From contig CAVZFQ010000014.1 in assembly GCA_963774625.1 (NCBI GenBank), positions 55,887 to 119,886 on the forward strand: DNA of 64,000 nt, read 5' to 3'. Numbering within the stretch: the stretch's first letter is position 1; each line of letters begins with the position of its first letter. The translations under genes were made by a program, and so were the position numbers. The notes below the pieces were generated by a model, which was not told the origin of the DNA, did no database searches, and saw nothing but the letters and a program-made list of their open reading frames with translations. This document shows, in pieces, positions 26,242-36,298 of this stretch. This DNA comes from an uncultured Actinomycetes bacterium (GTDB taxonomy: Bacteria; Actinomycetota; Thermoleophilia; Gaiellales; Gaiellaceae).

Positions 26242-27783
26242 CTAGTGCACTGACTCGACGATTTCCTCGGAGAGGCTCGGAAACTTTCCGAGGAACTCGG
26301 CCCGCGCGTTCTTCAACCGCTCGATCCCAGCGTCGAGCTCATCCGTCCGGCCCGTCGCCTCGTAGAGGCGGCGAGGCTGGAGGATGTCGATGTCCTCAGC
26401 GTCGATCCCCGGGACGTGACTGGCGACCATGTAGCCGAAATCGGGGTCACGCTCCCACTCGATCGTGCCCTCGGCGATGCCTTTCACGATCGCGGAGGAG
26501 TGCTTGATCTTCACCTTCTTCGAGCGCTCGTCGCTCTCGGGGCCGCCGACGCGCCCGGTGTTCATGAGATAGACCTCGAGCGGGTGCTCCTCGAGCAGCT
26601 CGAGGAAGCGGTTGCCCTGGAGGTCGTGCGGCATCGGGAAGAACGGGTTCGTCCCGGGCACACGAAGGAACTTGCCGGCTTCGTCCGCTCCGCCCGCGCT
26701 CGTACCCTGCGTCTCGCCGAGCATGAAGAAGGCCGCGGCCTGCGGGCCCTCGAGCTTGGCGACCGCCGGGATCACGTTCTCGTTCTTGTTCAGGATCAGC
26801 AGGAAGTGCGCATCCTCGATGTCGTCGGTTGCGGCCGACTCGATGACGCGGAACGGGAAGGTCGCGCGTCCGTTCTGCGTGTAGCTCGTGTCGTAGAAAT
26901 CGACGTCGTCGCCGTGCTGGGAGACGTTCTCGAGGTAGGAGTCGGGCTGCGTGACCGCGCCGTGAATCGTCGGCTCGTCGTCGGGGTTGAGCCCGAAGGT
27001 CTTGGCGAAGCAGCCGTTCTCGGTGGCGGAGACGCGCCCGTCGGGCATCCAGGCCACGAAGTCGTCCTGCACGGGAAGCGATCCGTTTTGCCGCGTGAAG
27101 GTCGTAGTCGTCTTGCCCGTCCCCGAAAGGCCGACGATCAGGCCGACGCGGCGGCCGGCGCGGGTCGGGATGATCTTGCAGCCGGCATGGAGAGGCAGCC
27201 CGCCCTGGTCGTAGACGAGCTTGTTCCACATGCGCAGCCCGCCCTTCTTCGACTCCCCGAAGTAGTCCGAGTTGAAGACTCGCGTCACCCCCTGCTCGAC
27301 GTCGACCATGATCAGGCGGTCGTCGGGGTAGCCCTCCGCCTTTAGGTTGGGCGTGTAGACGACGGTCAGCTCTGGCTCGTGCTCCTCCGCTTCGTCTCGC
27401 TCGAAGTAGAGCTGCTGCTGCATGCCGGCGATGTTCGCGTTCGCGGCCTCGACGAAGAGGCGTGCCGGCGTCCTGAACTCGGGATCGTGGCCGATGAAGC
27501 CGTCGATCTGGATCATCTCCTGCCCCGCGATGTAGGCGTCCTGCGCCTCCGCCCAGCGCTGTGCCTCTTCGCGGTTGATCGACTGGTTCTGCCCGTCGGG
27601 CTCGTCCGTGACGATGAACGTCGAGCGCTTGGAGCGCGAGGCGACCTCGGTCGTCACGTTGAGGTTGCCGTACGCGGTCGGGCGCGCATTGGCCATCTTG
27701 GCTGCGAGCTCCTTGACTTCCTCGGGGCTCGGGTTGTCGATCACCCGCGCGGCCTTCGGCGGGCGGAACAGCATCTTCGCCAC
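26242..27783 (-). CDS. pckA: Phosphoenolpyruvate carboxykinase (ATP)
   Basis: The 513-aa ORF carries the kinase-1a loop GLSGTGKTT and further typical PEPCK-ATP blocks (RMWNKLVYDQGGLPLHAGC, NTGRVGG). Confidence 0.95.
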   Translation of the reverse strand: MAKMLFRPPKAARVIDNPSPEEVKELAAKMANARPTAYGNLNVTTEVASRSKRSTFIVTDEPDGQNQSINREEAQRWAEAQDAYIAGQEMIQIDGFIGHDPEFRTPARLFVEAANANIAGMQQQLYFERDEAEEHEPELTVVYTPNLKAEGYPDDRLIMVDVEQGVTRVFNSDYFGESKKGGLRMWNKLVYDQGGLPLHAGCKIIPTRAGRRVGLIVGLSGTGKTTTTFTRQNGSLPVQDDFVAWMPDGRVSATENGCFAKTFGLNPDDEPTIHGAVTQPDSYLENVSQHGDDVDFYDTSYTQNGRATFPFRVIESAATDDIEDAHFLLILNKNENVIPAVAKLEGPQAAAFFMLGETQGTSAGGADEAGKFLRVPGTNPFFPMPHDLQGNRFLELLEEHPLEVYLMNTGRVGGPESDERSKKVKIKHSSAIVKGIAEGTIEWERDPDFGYMVASHVPGIDAEDIDILQPRRLYEATGRTDELDAGIERLKNARAEFLGKFPSLSEEIVESVH

Positions 27784-27928
27784 GGTCGCTCCTTCGTCGG
27801 GAACGCGAAATGTTACCCCCGCTGGCTTAGACGAACCCCATAACTGCCGCCGTTAGCGGCCGGTGAGTCCGCCGTGACGTCGCCGTTGGCCCTCCGCTCG
27901 AGCGTGGTCTCGAGAAAGGAGGTGCGCA

Positions 27929-28015
27929 ATGGCAACCAGGCTCTTCATCTATCTCTCGGCACTCGCAGCGGCTCTGGTCGCAGCGAACTTCGGCGGCGGC
28001 GGGGGAGGTCCCTGA
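27929..28015 (+). CDS. 28-aa hydrophobic micro-peptide with a poly-Gly-Pro tail
   Basis: AGAAAGGAGGTG (27913-27924) is, from memory, a 12-nt perfect complement of the canonical 16S 3' end and lies 4 nt before the ATG. The ORF reads MATRLFIYLSALAAALVAANFGGGGGGP*. A hairpin follows 30 nt downstream. Confidence 0.5.
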   Translation: MATRLFIYLSALAAALVAANFGGGGGGP

Positions 28016-28045
28016 TCCCCGTCAGACCAAGGCAAGCACATGGAG

Positions 28046-28064
28046 AGCCCCGCATCGGGGCTTT
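28046..28064. terminator. Hairpin between the micro-peptide and the convergent pseudogene
   Basis: AGCCCCG-CAT-CGGGGCT followed by TT. Confidence 0.4.
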
Positions 28065-28082
28065 CCGTGTGGATGGGGTCGA

Positions 28083-31000
28083 TTAGGCGACGGAGAGCTC
28101 GTCGAGCAGCGACCGGGCGGCGATCGTGGAGACGACATTGCCCTTGCGCTCGAACAGATCCATCGCTTGCTCCACGTAGCCCGCCGCCTCGTCTGGCCGG
28201 TCGGCGAGGCGCAGCACTTCGGCCAGATCGAGCAGCACCACCGCATAGTCGTTGAGCGCGTCCGTCTCGCCCGCAAGCCGTGCCGCTTCGGCCGCGAGCT
28301 CCTCGCCCTGGCCTGGAGAGCCGGTGCGAACGAGCAGCTTCGCCCTCACCCGCCGCCACGAATACTGTGCATTCACGTCGTCGCGCGGTGCCGATTTCTC
28401 GGCGAGCAGAAGCCAGCTGTCCGCCTCCTCATAGCGAGCCTGGGCGTAGAGGGCGTCCGCCAGCTCTGCGCTCTGGCTCGACAGCGCCGCGCGGTCACGA
28501 ACGCGCTCGAACGTCTCGCAGCACCGGCGCGAGGCGCGCTCGGCCGCCGCGGCATCGCCCGCGAGCATCTCGATTCGGCTGAGTATCCGGCCGCTGTTGT
28601 TCGCGAGCGCATAGACCTCGCCGATCTCTTCGTAGGTGGTGGCCGCCTCGAGAACGAGGCGCCGCCCTTCCTCGATGTCTCCACCAAGGGCCTTGAGGCC
28701 CGCCATGAAAGCGAGCACGTTTGCCTTCCCCGCGCGATCAGTTGCCTCGTGGAGGAGCTCCTCGCAGCGCCGCTCTGCCTCCGGAACGCGCGTCGGGCCG
28801 TAGAACAGGGTCGCCGCGAGCTCGGCTAGGCATCCGGATGCCGACCACCCCGAGCGGCGGTAATGGGTGAGCGCGCGCTCGGCCGCCTCCTGCCAGTCGG
28901 CGAGTCGCCCCTGCATCCCGCCTCGGATGAAGCCCACGTGTCGCCAGGTGCGCCCGAGCGCGCGGTCGTCACCGAGCTCCTCGAAGATCGGGATTGCCTT
29001 CTCGGCGAGCTCGAGCAGCGTGTCCGCACTCGGCTCCGACTCACTGAACAGGTGGGCGTGGGCCAGCTCGATACGCGACCGAAGCTCGACGCGGCGGTCA
29101 CGCGTCGCCGAGGCGGCGTCGATTGCCTGGGTAAGGGTCGTCTCCGCGCCCTGGAAGTCGCCCAGCCACCGTTGCGCGATCCCGAGCTCGCAGAGCAGCT
29201 CGGCTCGGTCGTCGCCCTCGGTCGGCAACAGTGCTACGGCCCGGCCCAGCAGATTGACGGTCGCAGACGTATCCGCACGCTTCCACGCGCGGATCCCCGC
29301 GGCCGAAAGCTTCGTGCCTGCCCAGTCGGCAAGTTGTGGAACGGCTGCATCGCCGGGCCGGAGCTCGGCCAGATAGCGGTGTGCCTGCTCGACGTGGTAC
29401 CCGACGAGCTCGTCGCTCTCGCTCCGCTGGTCGAGCCAGGCCGCGTGGCGCTCGTGGAGGTCTGCACGCAGCTCTTTCGTGACTCCGGCGTAGGCGACGT
29501 CGCGGATGAGCACGTGGTGGAACCGCAGTGCCTCCTCCTCCAGCGCCGTCGGACGCATGGCGTGGACGAGGCCCTTGCGTTCGAGCGCCCTGAAACCGCT
29601 GTCGAGGCCCGCGAGCTCCTCCGGAGGTGAGAGCTGGAGAACGGCGGCGCGGCGGAAGTCCTTGCCGACGATTGCCGCCCGCTCGAGCAGCTTTCGCTCG
29701 GAAGGCTCGAGACGGTCGAGCCGGCTGGCGAGCAGCGCCTCGATCGACGGCGGGACCGACTCGAGCTCATCGGCGCCGACATCCTCGGTCACATAGGCGT
29801 GCAGCTGCTCGACGAAGAGCGCGTTCCCTTCGGCTGCCTGGACGATGCGCGAGCGGACCTCGTCGGAAACCCCGATTGCGCCCGCCAGCTCGCCGACCAG
29901 CGTATGAGCCTCGTTCTCCGAGAGCGGGTCGAGGAGGATCGTCTCTGCCTGGGCGCCCCAGCCGGGGCGTTTCTCGAGGAGCTCGGGCCGCGCGAGACAG
30001 AGCACGAGCACCGGTGCCTCCGATATCCACGTCCCGAGGTACTCGATCAGCTCGAGCAACGTCGGCTCCGCCCAATGGATGTCTTCGAGCACGACGAGCA
30101 GCGGTTGCCGGCGCGCCAGACCCTCGAACAGGCGGCGAACCGCCCAGAAGGCCTCGCCGGTCGAAGCTGTGCCCTCCGCTTCACCGGCGAGCTCGGTCAC
30201 TCGCTGTGCGACGAGCTGCGCGTCTTCTTCGCCTGCGAGCAGGGCAGCGATCGTCTCCCGGGGCCGCTTCGGCACCGCCTGGCGGACGATCTCCGTCATC
30301 GGCAAGTAGGTGGCCCCCTCCCCGTAGGAGACGCACCGTCCGTAGAGCGAGGTCGCCTCGGAGCCAAGCGCCGACACCAGCTCGCCGGCGAGCCGTGTCT
30401 TTCCGATACCGGCCTCGCCGAGGATCGTGAGCACCTCGCTTCGCCGTTCCGCGCGGACCCGGTCGAAACGCACTCCGCAGCGCTGCGAGCTCGTCCGTTC
30501 TGCCGATCAGCGGGGCGCGGGGCGAGCGTTGCAGGACGGCCTGGTCTACGAGCTCGACGAGGCGGAACGCCTGGACGCGGCCGAGCGAGCCGCCGAGATC
30601 CACCGATTCGACCGGCTCGGTCGTTGCGGCGTCCCGCACGAGTCGTTCCGTGGCCGGGCCGAGCAGCGTCTCGCCCGGGAGAGCCGACTGCTGAAGCCGC
30701 ATGGCGACATTGACCGCGCCCCCGGCTGCGAACTGCTGGCCGGAGGCGGTGTCGGCCGCGATTACTTCGCCGGTGTTGATCGCCGTGCGGATCTGGATGG
30801 TGAGCTGATGATCTCGTCCGAGGTCGGCGTTCAGCCCGGCGAGGGCTTCGCGCAGCTCACCTGCCGCTCGCACCGCACGGAGCGCGTCGTCCTCGTGCAG
30901 CTGCGGGATTCCGAAGACCGCCATGGCCGCGTCTCCGATGAACTTCTCGAGCGTGCCCCCGTGGCGCTCCACGATCGTGCGCACCGTGTCGTAGTAGCGG

Positions 31001-31885
31001 CGCATCACGCTGCGCATGACCTCGGGGTCGAGCCGAGCACCAAGGCTGGTCGAATCGACGATGTCCGTGAAGAGGATCGTGACGGTCTTCCGGCGATCCA
31101 GCGGCTCTGGCTGCGGAACGGTTGCGACTTCCGGCTGCGAGGGGAGCTCGAGCTCCCGATCGTGGCGCAAGATCGCCTGCTCGAGCCGTTGTAGCTCCGG
31201 CGACGGCTCGATACCGAGCTGCTCCACGAGCGTCTCGCGCGCCTCTCTGTAGGCCTCCAGACGCCTCGGCCTGCCTGCCTGAGCGGTACAGGGCGAGCAT
31301 CAGCTGACCGCGCAGCCTTTCCCGCAGCGGATGCTCGGCCACCAGCGCCTCGAGCTCGCCGACCAGCTGTGCATGGCGTCCAACTTCGAGCTCGGCGTGG
31401 ATCAGATCCTCACGCGCGGCGGTTCGCAGCTCCTCGAGACGAGCGATTTCGACTTGCGCGAAGGGCTCGAGCGCGAGATCCGCGAGGGGAGGCCCTCGCC
31501 ACAAAGCCAGCGCTTCACGCAACTGGGTTGCACGGAGCTCGGGGTCCGTGGTCTCGCCCGCTCGAGCGACGAGGCGCTGGAAGCGGTGCACGTCGACGAG
31601 CTCGGGATCGACGTCGAGCACGTAACCAGGTGAGCGCGTGTGGAGAACGTCTGGCCCCAACGCCTTGCGCAGCTCCGAAACCAGGTTCTGGAGGGAGCCG
31701 ACGGCAGTCTTCGGTGGCTGTCCTGCCCACAGCTCCTCGACGAGGCGGTCGGTGGACACGATCTCGCCCACGTTGAGCAGCAGGAGCGCCAGGAGGGAAC
31801 GCTGCTTGGCCCGGCGTAGCTCGACGACCCGCCCCGCTACCGAGATCTGGAGCGGCCCGAGAACCCCGAGCTGCAGCGCTTGCAT
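28083..31885 (-). pseudogene. SARP/BTAD winged-helix regulator - class III adenylate/guanylate cyclase - STAND/AAA ATPase - TPR protein, split into three frames by two apparent 1-nt insertions
   Basis: Track ORFs 30857..31981, 30181..31227 and 28083..30473 join collinearly. The first junction reads ..LYRSGRQAEA|(L)EAYREARETLVEQLGIEPSPEL.. near 31255-31270. The second reads ..ELAALRSAF|DRVRAERRSEVLTILGEAGIGKTRL.. near 30460-30475. The cyclase motif is ILFTDIVDSTSL...FIGDAAMAVFG. Confidence 0.8.
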
Positions 31886-31975
31886 TTGGGTCCGTTCTAC
31901 CACCGCTTGACTGTTGTTCCTAGTGCGCGCGTGAGCCGTGTATGAGAGCCGTGTGAGCGGCGGGTCGCAGGCTCG

Positions 31976-32200
31976 TTGCATGCAAAACGCACCGACGGCG
32001 GAACGAGCGTGAGCGGGCGTCCGGTTCCTCCTAGCTGCGCGGGCGATTTGGTCTGCGAAGCCGAGCGTTACCTGGCGCTCGTCGACGACTTCCGAGCCGA
32101 AGGCTGCGAGCCGCGCTGGCGGCTCGAGCGAACCGTCGTGCTGCGTGCGGCTCGCCCGCTGGGGGTTGGGCCGAAATCCACGGAAAGGAGCAAGAAATGA
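31976..32200 (+). CDS. Possible 74-aa hypothetical protein
   Basis: The ORF has a TTG start and its TGA overlaps the ATG of the next gene (ATGA). GC3 is moderate and I recognise no family. Confidence 0.25.
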   Translation: MHAKRTDGGTSVSGRPVPPSCAGDLVCEAERYLALVDDFRAEGCEPRWRLERTVVLRAARPLGVGPKSTERSKK

Positions 32201-32625
32201 GCATCGTCAAGGCACCGAGCCCGGCGCTCGTCATCGCGTGCCTCGCGCTGTTCGTTGCGCTCGGGGGAACGGCGATCGCTGCCGCCCCGATCGCCAAGCG
32301 TGCACTGTTCGCGAACAACGCGGGCAAGCTTCAAGGGAAAACGGCGGCTCAGGTTGCAGCTCTGCCGGGACCCGCGTCCAGCGGAGCCCGCCTGGTCTCG
32401 ACCAAGACGGCGCCTTTTGCCCTGAACCCGGGCGCCGAGGGCCCGTTCTCGGTCTCGTGCGGACCCGGCGAAAAGGCGGTCAGCGGCGGCTACACCACGC
32501 CGAACCTCGTGCTGGGAATCGACACGCTTCCCACCAGCGACGGGAACGGCTGGCAGCTCTACCTGATCAACGGTTCGTCATCGCAGGGCGCCTCGGGCAC
32601 CGTGCAAGCGGTCTGTATCCGCTGA
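32197..32625 (+). CDS. N-terminally anchored or secreted hypothetical protein
   Basis: AAAGGAG lies 6 nt before the ATG. The N-terminus is MSIVKAPSPALVIACLALFVALGGTAIAAAP. A strong hairpin follows. Confidence 0.7.
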   Translation: MSIVKAPSPALVIACLALFVALGGTAIAAAPIAKRALFANNAGKLQGKTAAQVAALPGPASSGARLVSTKTAPFALNPGAEGPFSVSCGPGEKAVSGGYTTPNLVLGIDTLPTSDGNGWQLYLINGSSSQGASGTVQAVCIR

Positions 32626-32636
32626 ACCGCGCCACA

Positions 32637-32672
32637 GCATCCGCCGCGATCGGTGTCCGGCGCGGCGGATGC
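32637..32672 (+). terminator. Strong stem-loop terminator candidate
   Basis: GCATCCGCCGCG pairs with CGCGGCGGATGC (12-bp perfect stem), followed by ACGTTTCGTT. Confidence 0.5.
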
Positions 32673-32724
32673 ACGTTTCGTTACGAGGCGAGGCTAGGGG
32701 CGCTTTCTGTAGCGTCTTACTGCA

Positions 32725-34407
32725 GTGGAAGCGACGCACGACGTGCTCGTCGTAGGCGCCGGCTGCGCGGGCATGCGCGCGGCCATCGAGGCGCACGATC
32801 AGGGCGCGGACGTCGCTCTCCTCTCCAAGATTCACCCCGTGCGCAGCCACTCCGGCGCGGCCGAGGGCGGGATCAATGCCGCGCTCGGGAACGCGTCGGA
32901 GGACGACCCCGAAAAGCACGCCTACGACACGGTCAAAGGGTCGGACTACCTCGGTGACCAGGAAGCCATCGAGATCCTCTGCAACGAGGCGCCCGACGAC
33001 GTCTACCAGCTCGAGCACTGGGGCGCGGTCTTCTCGCGGACCGAGGACGGGCGCATCGCGCAGCGCCCCTTCGGCGCCGCCGGCGAGCCGCGCACCGCCT
33101 ACGCGGCGGATATCACGGGCCACGTGCTGATCCACGTCCTCTACGAGCAGGTGATGAAGCGCGACATCTTCGCGTACGAGGAGCTCTTCGCCTGGAAGCT
33201 GGTCGTCGACGACGACCGCTGCCAGGGCGTGATCGCCTGGGACCTTCTGAACGGCGGGCTGAAGACGATCGGCGCGAAGACGGTGATCCTCGCAACCGGC
33301 GGTGCGGGCCGGCTCTACAAGGGGTCGACCAACGCGTACGCGTGCACCGGGGACGGCATGGCTCTTGCACTCCGTGTCGGAGTGCCTCTCAAGGACATGG
33401 AGATGATGCAGTTCCACCCGACGACGCTTTCGCCAACGGGGATCCTGATCACTGAGGGCTGCCGCGGTGAGGGCGCGTACCTGATCAACGCCGAGGGCGA
33501 GCGCTTCCTCAAGGACTACGCGCCGAACGCGATGGAGCTGGCGAGCCGGGACGTCATCTCGCGCGCCGAGCAGACGGAGATCGACGAAGGCCGTGGCATC
33601 GACGGAAGCGTTCTCCTCGATCTTCGCCATCTCGGCGCCGAGAAGATCGTCGAGCGCCTCCACGGCACGCGCGAGTTGGCGATGACATACGCGCTCATCG
33701 ACCCCATCTACGAGCCGATCCCGGTGCGGCCAGGCGCCCACTACCACATGGGTGGCGTCGACACGGATGTCGATGGCAAGACGGAGCTCGAGGCGCTCTA
33801 CGCCGCCGGCGAGTGCGCGTGTGTCTCGGTGCACGGCGCCAACCGTCTCGGCGGCAACGCGCTGATGGAGACGATCACGTACGGCAAGCGCGCCGGTCGC
33901 GCGGCTGCGGACTGGGCGCTGACGCACACGACGGTGACCGTCCCGGCGGGAGTCGAGTCAGACGCCGAGCGCGAGCTCAAGACGCTGCTCGACCGGAAAG
34001 ACGGCGAGCGCCCCTGGAAGATCCGCGACGAGCTCGCAGCGACGATGCACGAGAACTTCGGCGTCTTCCGCCGCGAGCGGCAGATGCAGGAGCAGGGCCG
34101 CATCGTCGGCTACCTCCGTGAGCGCTACGAGAGCGTCGTCGTCGAGGACAAGGGCGAGGTCTTCAACAACGACCTCACCCAGGCGCTCGAGCTCGGCTTC
34201 CTGCTCGAGCTCGCCGAATGCATGCTCGTCGCCGGCATCGAGCGCAAGGAGAGCCGCGGCGCCCATGCGCGGCCCGACGACTATCCGGAGCGGGACGACG
34301 AGAAGTTCATGAAGCACACGATCGTCCGCTGGGTCGCCGACCAGCCGGTGCTCGACTGGAAGCCGGTGACGATTACGAAATGGCAGCCGCAGGAACGGAC
34401 GTACTGA
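32725..34407 (+). CDS. sdhA: Succinate dehydrogenase/fumarate reductase flavoprotein subunit
   Basis: The 560-aa ORF carries DVLVVGAGCAGMRAA, RSHSGAAEGG (FAD-histidyl site), HPTT and HGANRLGGNAL. Confidence 0.95.
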   Translation: MEATHDVLVVGAGCAGMRAAIEAHDQGADVALLSKIHPVRSHSGAAEGGINAALGNASEDDPEKHAYDTVKGSDYLGDQEAIEILCNEAPDDVYQLEHWGAVFSRTEDGRIAQRPFGAAGEPRTAYAADITGHVLIHVLYEQVMKRDIFAYEELFAWKLVVDDDRCQGVIAWDLLNGGLKTIGAKTVILATGGAGRLYKGSTNAYACTGDGMALALRVGVPLKDMEMMQFHPTTLSPTGILITEGCRGEGAYLINAEGERFLKDYAPNAMELASRDVISRAEQTEIDEGRGIDGSVLLDLRHLGAEKIVERLHGTRELAMTYALIDPIYEPIPVRPGAHYHMGGVDTDVDGKTELEALYAAGECACVSVHGANRLGGNALMETITYGKRAGRAAADWALTHTTVTVPAGVESDAERELKTLLDRKDGERPWKIRDELAATMHENFGVFRRERQMQEQGRIVGYLRERYESVVVEDKGEVFNNDLTQALELGFLLELAECMLVAGIERKESRGAHARPDDYPERDDEKFMKHTIVRWVADQPVLDWKPVTITKWQPQERTY

Positions 34408-35225
34408 TGCGACTCGCCCCGTTCGTCGTCTTCGTCCTGGTGCTCGTCGGCTGCGGCGCCGCTCCTTCTCCCGAGGAGGCGGTGTCAGACACCGGCGCCA
34501 AGACCGCCGATGCAGGCACGGCTCGGATCGCAGTTGGCTTCGACGGGGTTGTGGAGACGAACGGCGCCTTCAACCTCGAGGATGGAACCGGGGTCCTCGG
34601 CGGGGATCGGCCGCACGGGATCATCGCCGCGGATGCGTCCTACGAGCGGTTCTCAGACGAGCGCGGGTTTATCAGCCCGATCCCGAGCTCGAAGCGCTGG
34701 CTCAAGTGGGAGAAGCCGAGCGGGCTCGCGCCGCTGGTGCTCAACCCGGTCGTGGACAGCTCGGCCGACCTCCTCGCGTTCCTGGGCTCCACCGGCGAGG
34801 TCCACGAAGTCGGATCCGGCGAAGAACGCGGCGAGCCGGTGACCCGATACTCGGCGGTGCTCGACCTCGAGCGGTTCCTAGCAGGAGTTCCGTCGGCCGA
34901 GCGCGCGGACATTCGCGCCGCTCTCGAAGACTTCTGGCCCGACTGGGACACAGCGGCGCCGTCGGTGCAGCTGGCGCTCGACGCGGAGGGCCGGCTCCGC
35001 CGAGCGGATCTCGTGCTCGGTGACGGCAGTGGAGAACTGGCGTTCGAATTCTTCGACTACGGCGTCAAAGTCGATGCAACCGCGCCACCCGCGGAGGAAG
35101 TCGTAACCTGGGCCGAGTACGAGGAGCTGCTCCGGAAGGAATGCGAGTCCCTCAAGAAGAAGGGCCTCGAGAACACGAAGCCGCATTGCGTCGGCGGCTG
35201 CAGCGCAGGCGAGGGGGAAGTGTGA
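34407..35225 (+). CDS. Predicted lipoprotein inserted between sdhA and sdhB
   Basis: ATG 34407 overlaps the sdhA TGA (TGATG). The lipobox is MRLAPFVVFVLVLVGC. The stop overlaps a possible GTG start of sdhB. I recognise no family. Confidence 0.7.
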   Translation: MRLAPFVVFVLVLVGCGAAPSPEEAVSDTGAKTADAGTARIAVGFDGVVETNGAFNLEDGTGVLGGDRPHGIIAADASYERFSDERGFISPIPSSKRWLKWEKPSGLAPLVLNPVVDSSADLLAFLGSTGEVHEVGSGEERGEPVTRYSAVLDLERFLAGVPSAERADIRAALEDFWPDWDTAAPSVQLALDAEGRLRRADLVLGDGSGELAFEFFDYGVKVDATAPPAEEVVTWAEYEELLRKECESLKKKGLENTKPHCVGGCSAGEGEV

Positions 35226-35260
35226 CCGAGGCAGCAACACATACCTGGGAAGGCGCGACG

Positions 35261-36298
35261 ATGCAGGTCGCGCTCAAGATCTGGCGTGTCACCGGCGACG
35301 GCGAGCGCGCGCTCGAGACCTACGAGGTCGAGGCGCCGGAATGGGCCTGCCTGCTCGACGTCCTCGACATCATCAAGGACCGCCAGGACGGGTCGCTCGC
35401 GTATCGCAAGAGCTGCCGGATGATGATCTGCGGCTCCTGCGGGATGCGCATGGACGGCCGCGCGGTGCTCGCCTGCAAGGAGCGGATGAAGCCGATCGTC
35501 GACGCCGGCCACGTCCCGGTCATCTCGGCGATGGGCAACCTGCCGATCGTCAAGGACCTGGTCGTGTCCATGGATCCGTTCTGGAACAAGATTCGCGCCG
35601 TCAAGCCCTGGCTCGACCCCGGCTACGACGAGGTCGACGAGCGCGAGCGCGTGCGCTCACAGCAGCAGATGAACGTCATCGCCAAGGAGTCCCTCTGCAT
35701 CATGTGCGGCTGCTGCGTCTCCGAGTGCAACTCGATGGAGTCCGACACGGAGTTCCTCGGCCCCGCAGCGCTGGCGAAGGGGATGCGCTTCGTCGGCGAT
35801 CCGCGCGACCAGGCCGACGTCGAGCGCCTCAACGACCTGAACGGCGAGCACGGGATCTGGGACTGCACCCGCTGCTACATGTGCAATGAGCGCTGCCCCA
35901 AGGGCGTCGACCCGCGTGACGCGATCGCCAAGCTCGGAGCCGAGTCGATCAAGCAGGGCATCGACCACGACATGGGCGCGAAGCACGCGAAGTGGTTCGT
36001 CACCTCGGCCAAGACCACGGGCTGGCTGCGCGAGACCGATCTCGTTCCGAAGACGCAGGGAATCATCGGCGCACTGAAGGAGACGAAGTTCGCCCTGAAG
36101 CTGGCCCGCCGCGGGAAGGTGCCGCCGCCCGGGCCGATCCACGTCGCTGCCGAGGTCGACGAGGCCCGTGCTCTCTACGACCTCGTCAAGCAACAAGGCT
36201 TCGATGGCGCGGCCGGCATCGTTCAGGGCGAGAAGGCGCTCCAGCGACTCGAGTTCGAGCACACCGTGCACCAGGACGAGCCCGAGGGCGAACAGTGA
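35261..36298 (+). CDS. sdhB: Succinate dehydrogenase iron-sulfur subunit, non-classical (type E-like) with a long C-terminal extension
   Basis: CRMMICGSCGMRMDG is the 2Fe-2S motif and CIMCGCCVSECN a 4Fe-4S motif. CTRCYMCNERCP (C-x2-C-x2-C-x3-CP) carries four Cys where the 3Fe-4S motif would normally be. About 95 extra C-terminal residues are present. An alternative GTG start is at 35222. Confidence 0.9.
   Translation: MQVALKIWRVTGDGERALETYEVEAPEWACLLDVLDIIKDRQDGSLAYRKSCRMMICGSCGMRMDGRAVLACKERMKPIVDAGHVPVISAMGNLPIVKDLVVSMDPFWNKIRAVKPWLDPGYDEVDERERVRSQQQMNVIAKESLCIMCGCCVSECNSMESDTEFLGPAALAKGMRFVGDPRDQADVERLNDLNGEHGIWDCTRCYMCNERCPKGVDPRDAIAKLGAESIKQGIDHDMGAKHAKWFVTSAKTTGWLRETDLVPKTQGIIGALKETKFALKLARRGKVPPPGPIHVAAEVDEARALYDLVKQQGFDGAAGIVQGEKALQRLEFEHTVHQDEPEGEQ

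Noticed and set aside
27874-28086. 70-aa plus-strand ORF and 136-aa minus-strand ORF in the pckA/pseudogene spacer
   Set aside because: Both have Arg/Ser/Gly-rich low-complexity translations and no SD. The 28-codon ORF with the perfect SD in another frame explains the region better.
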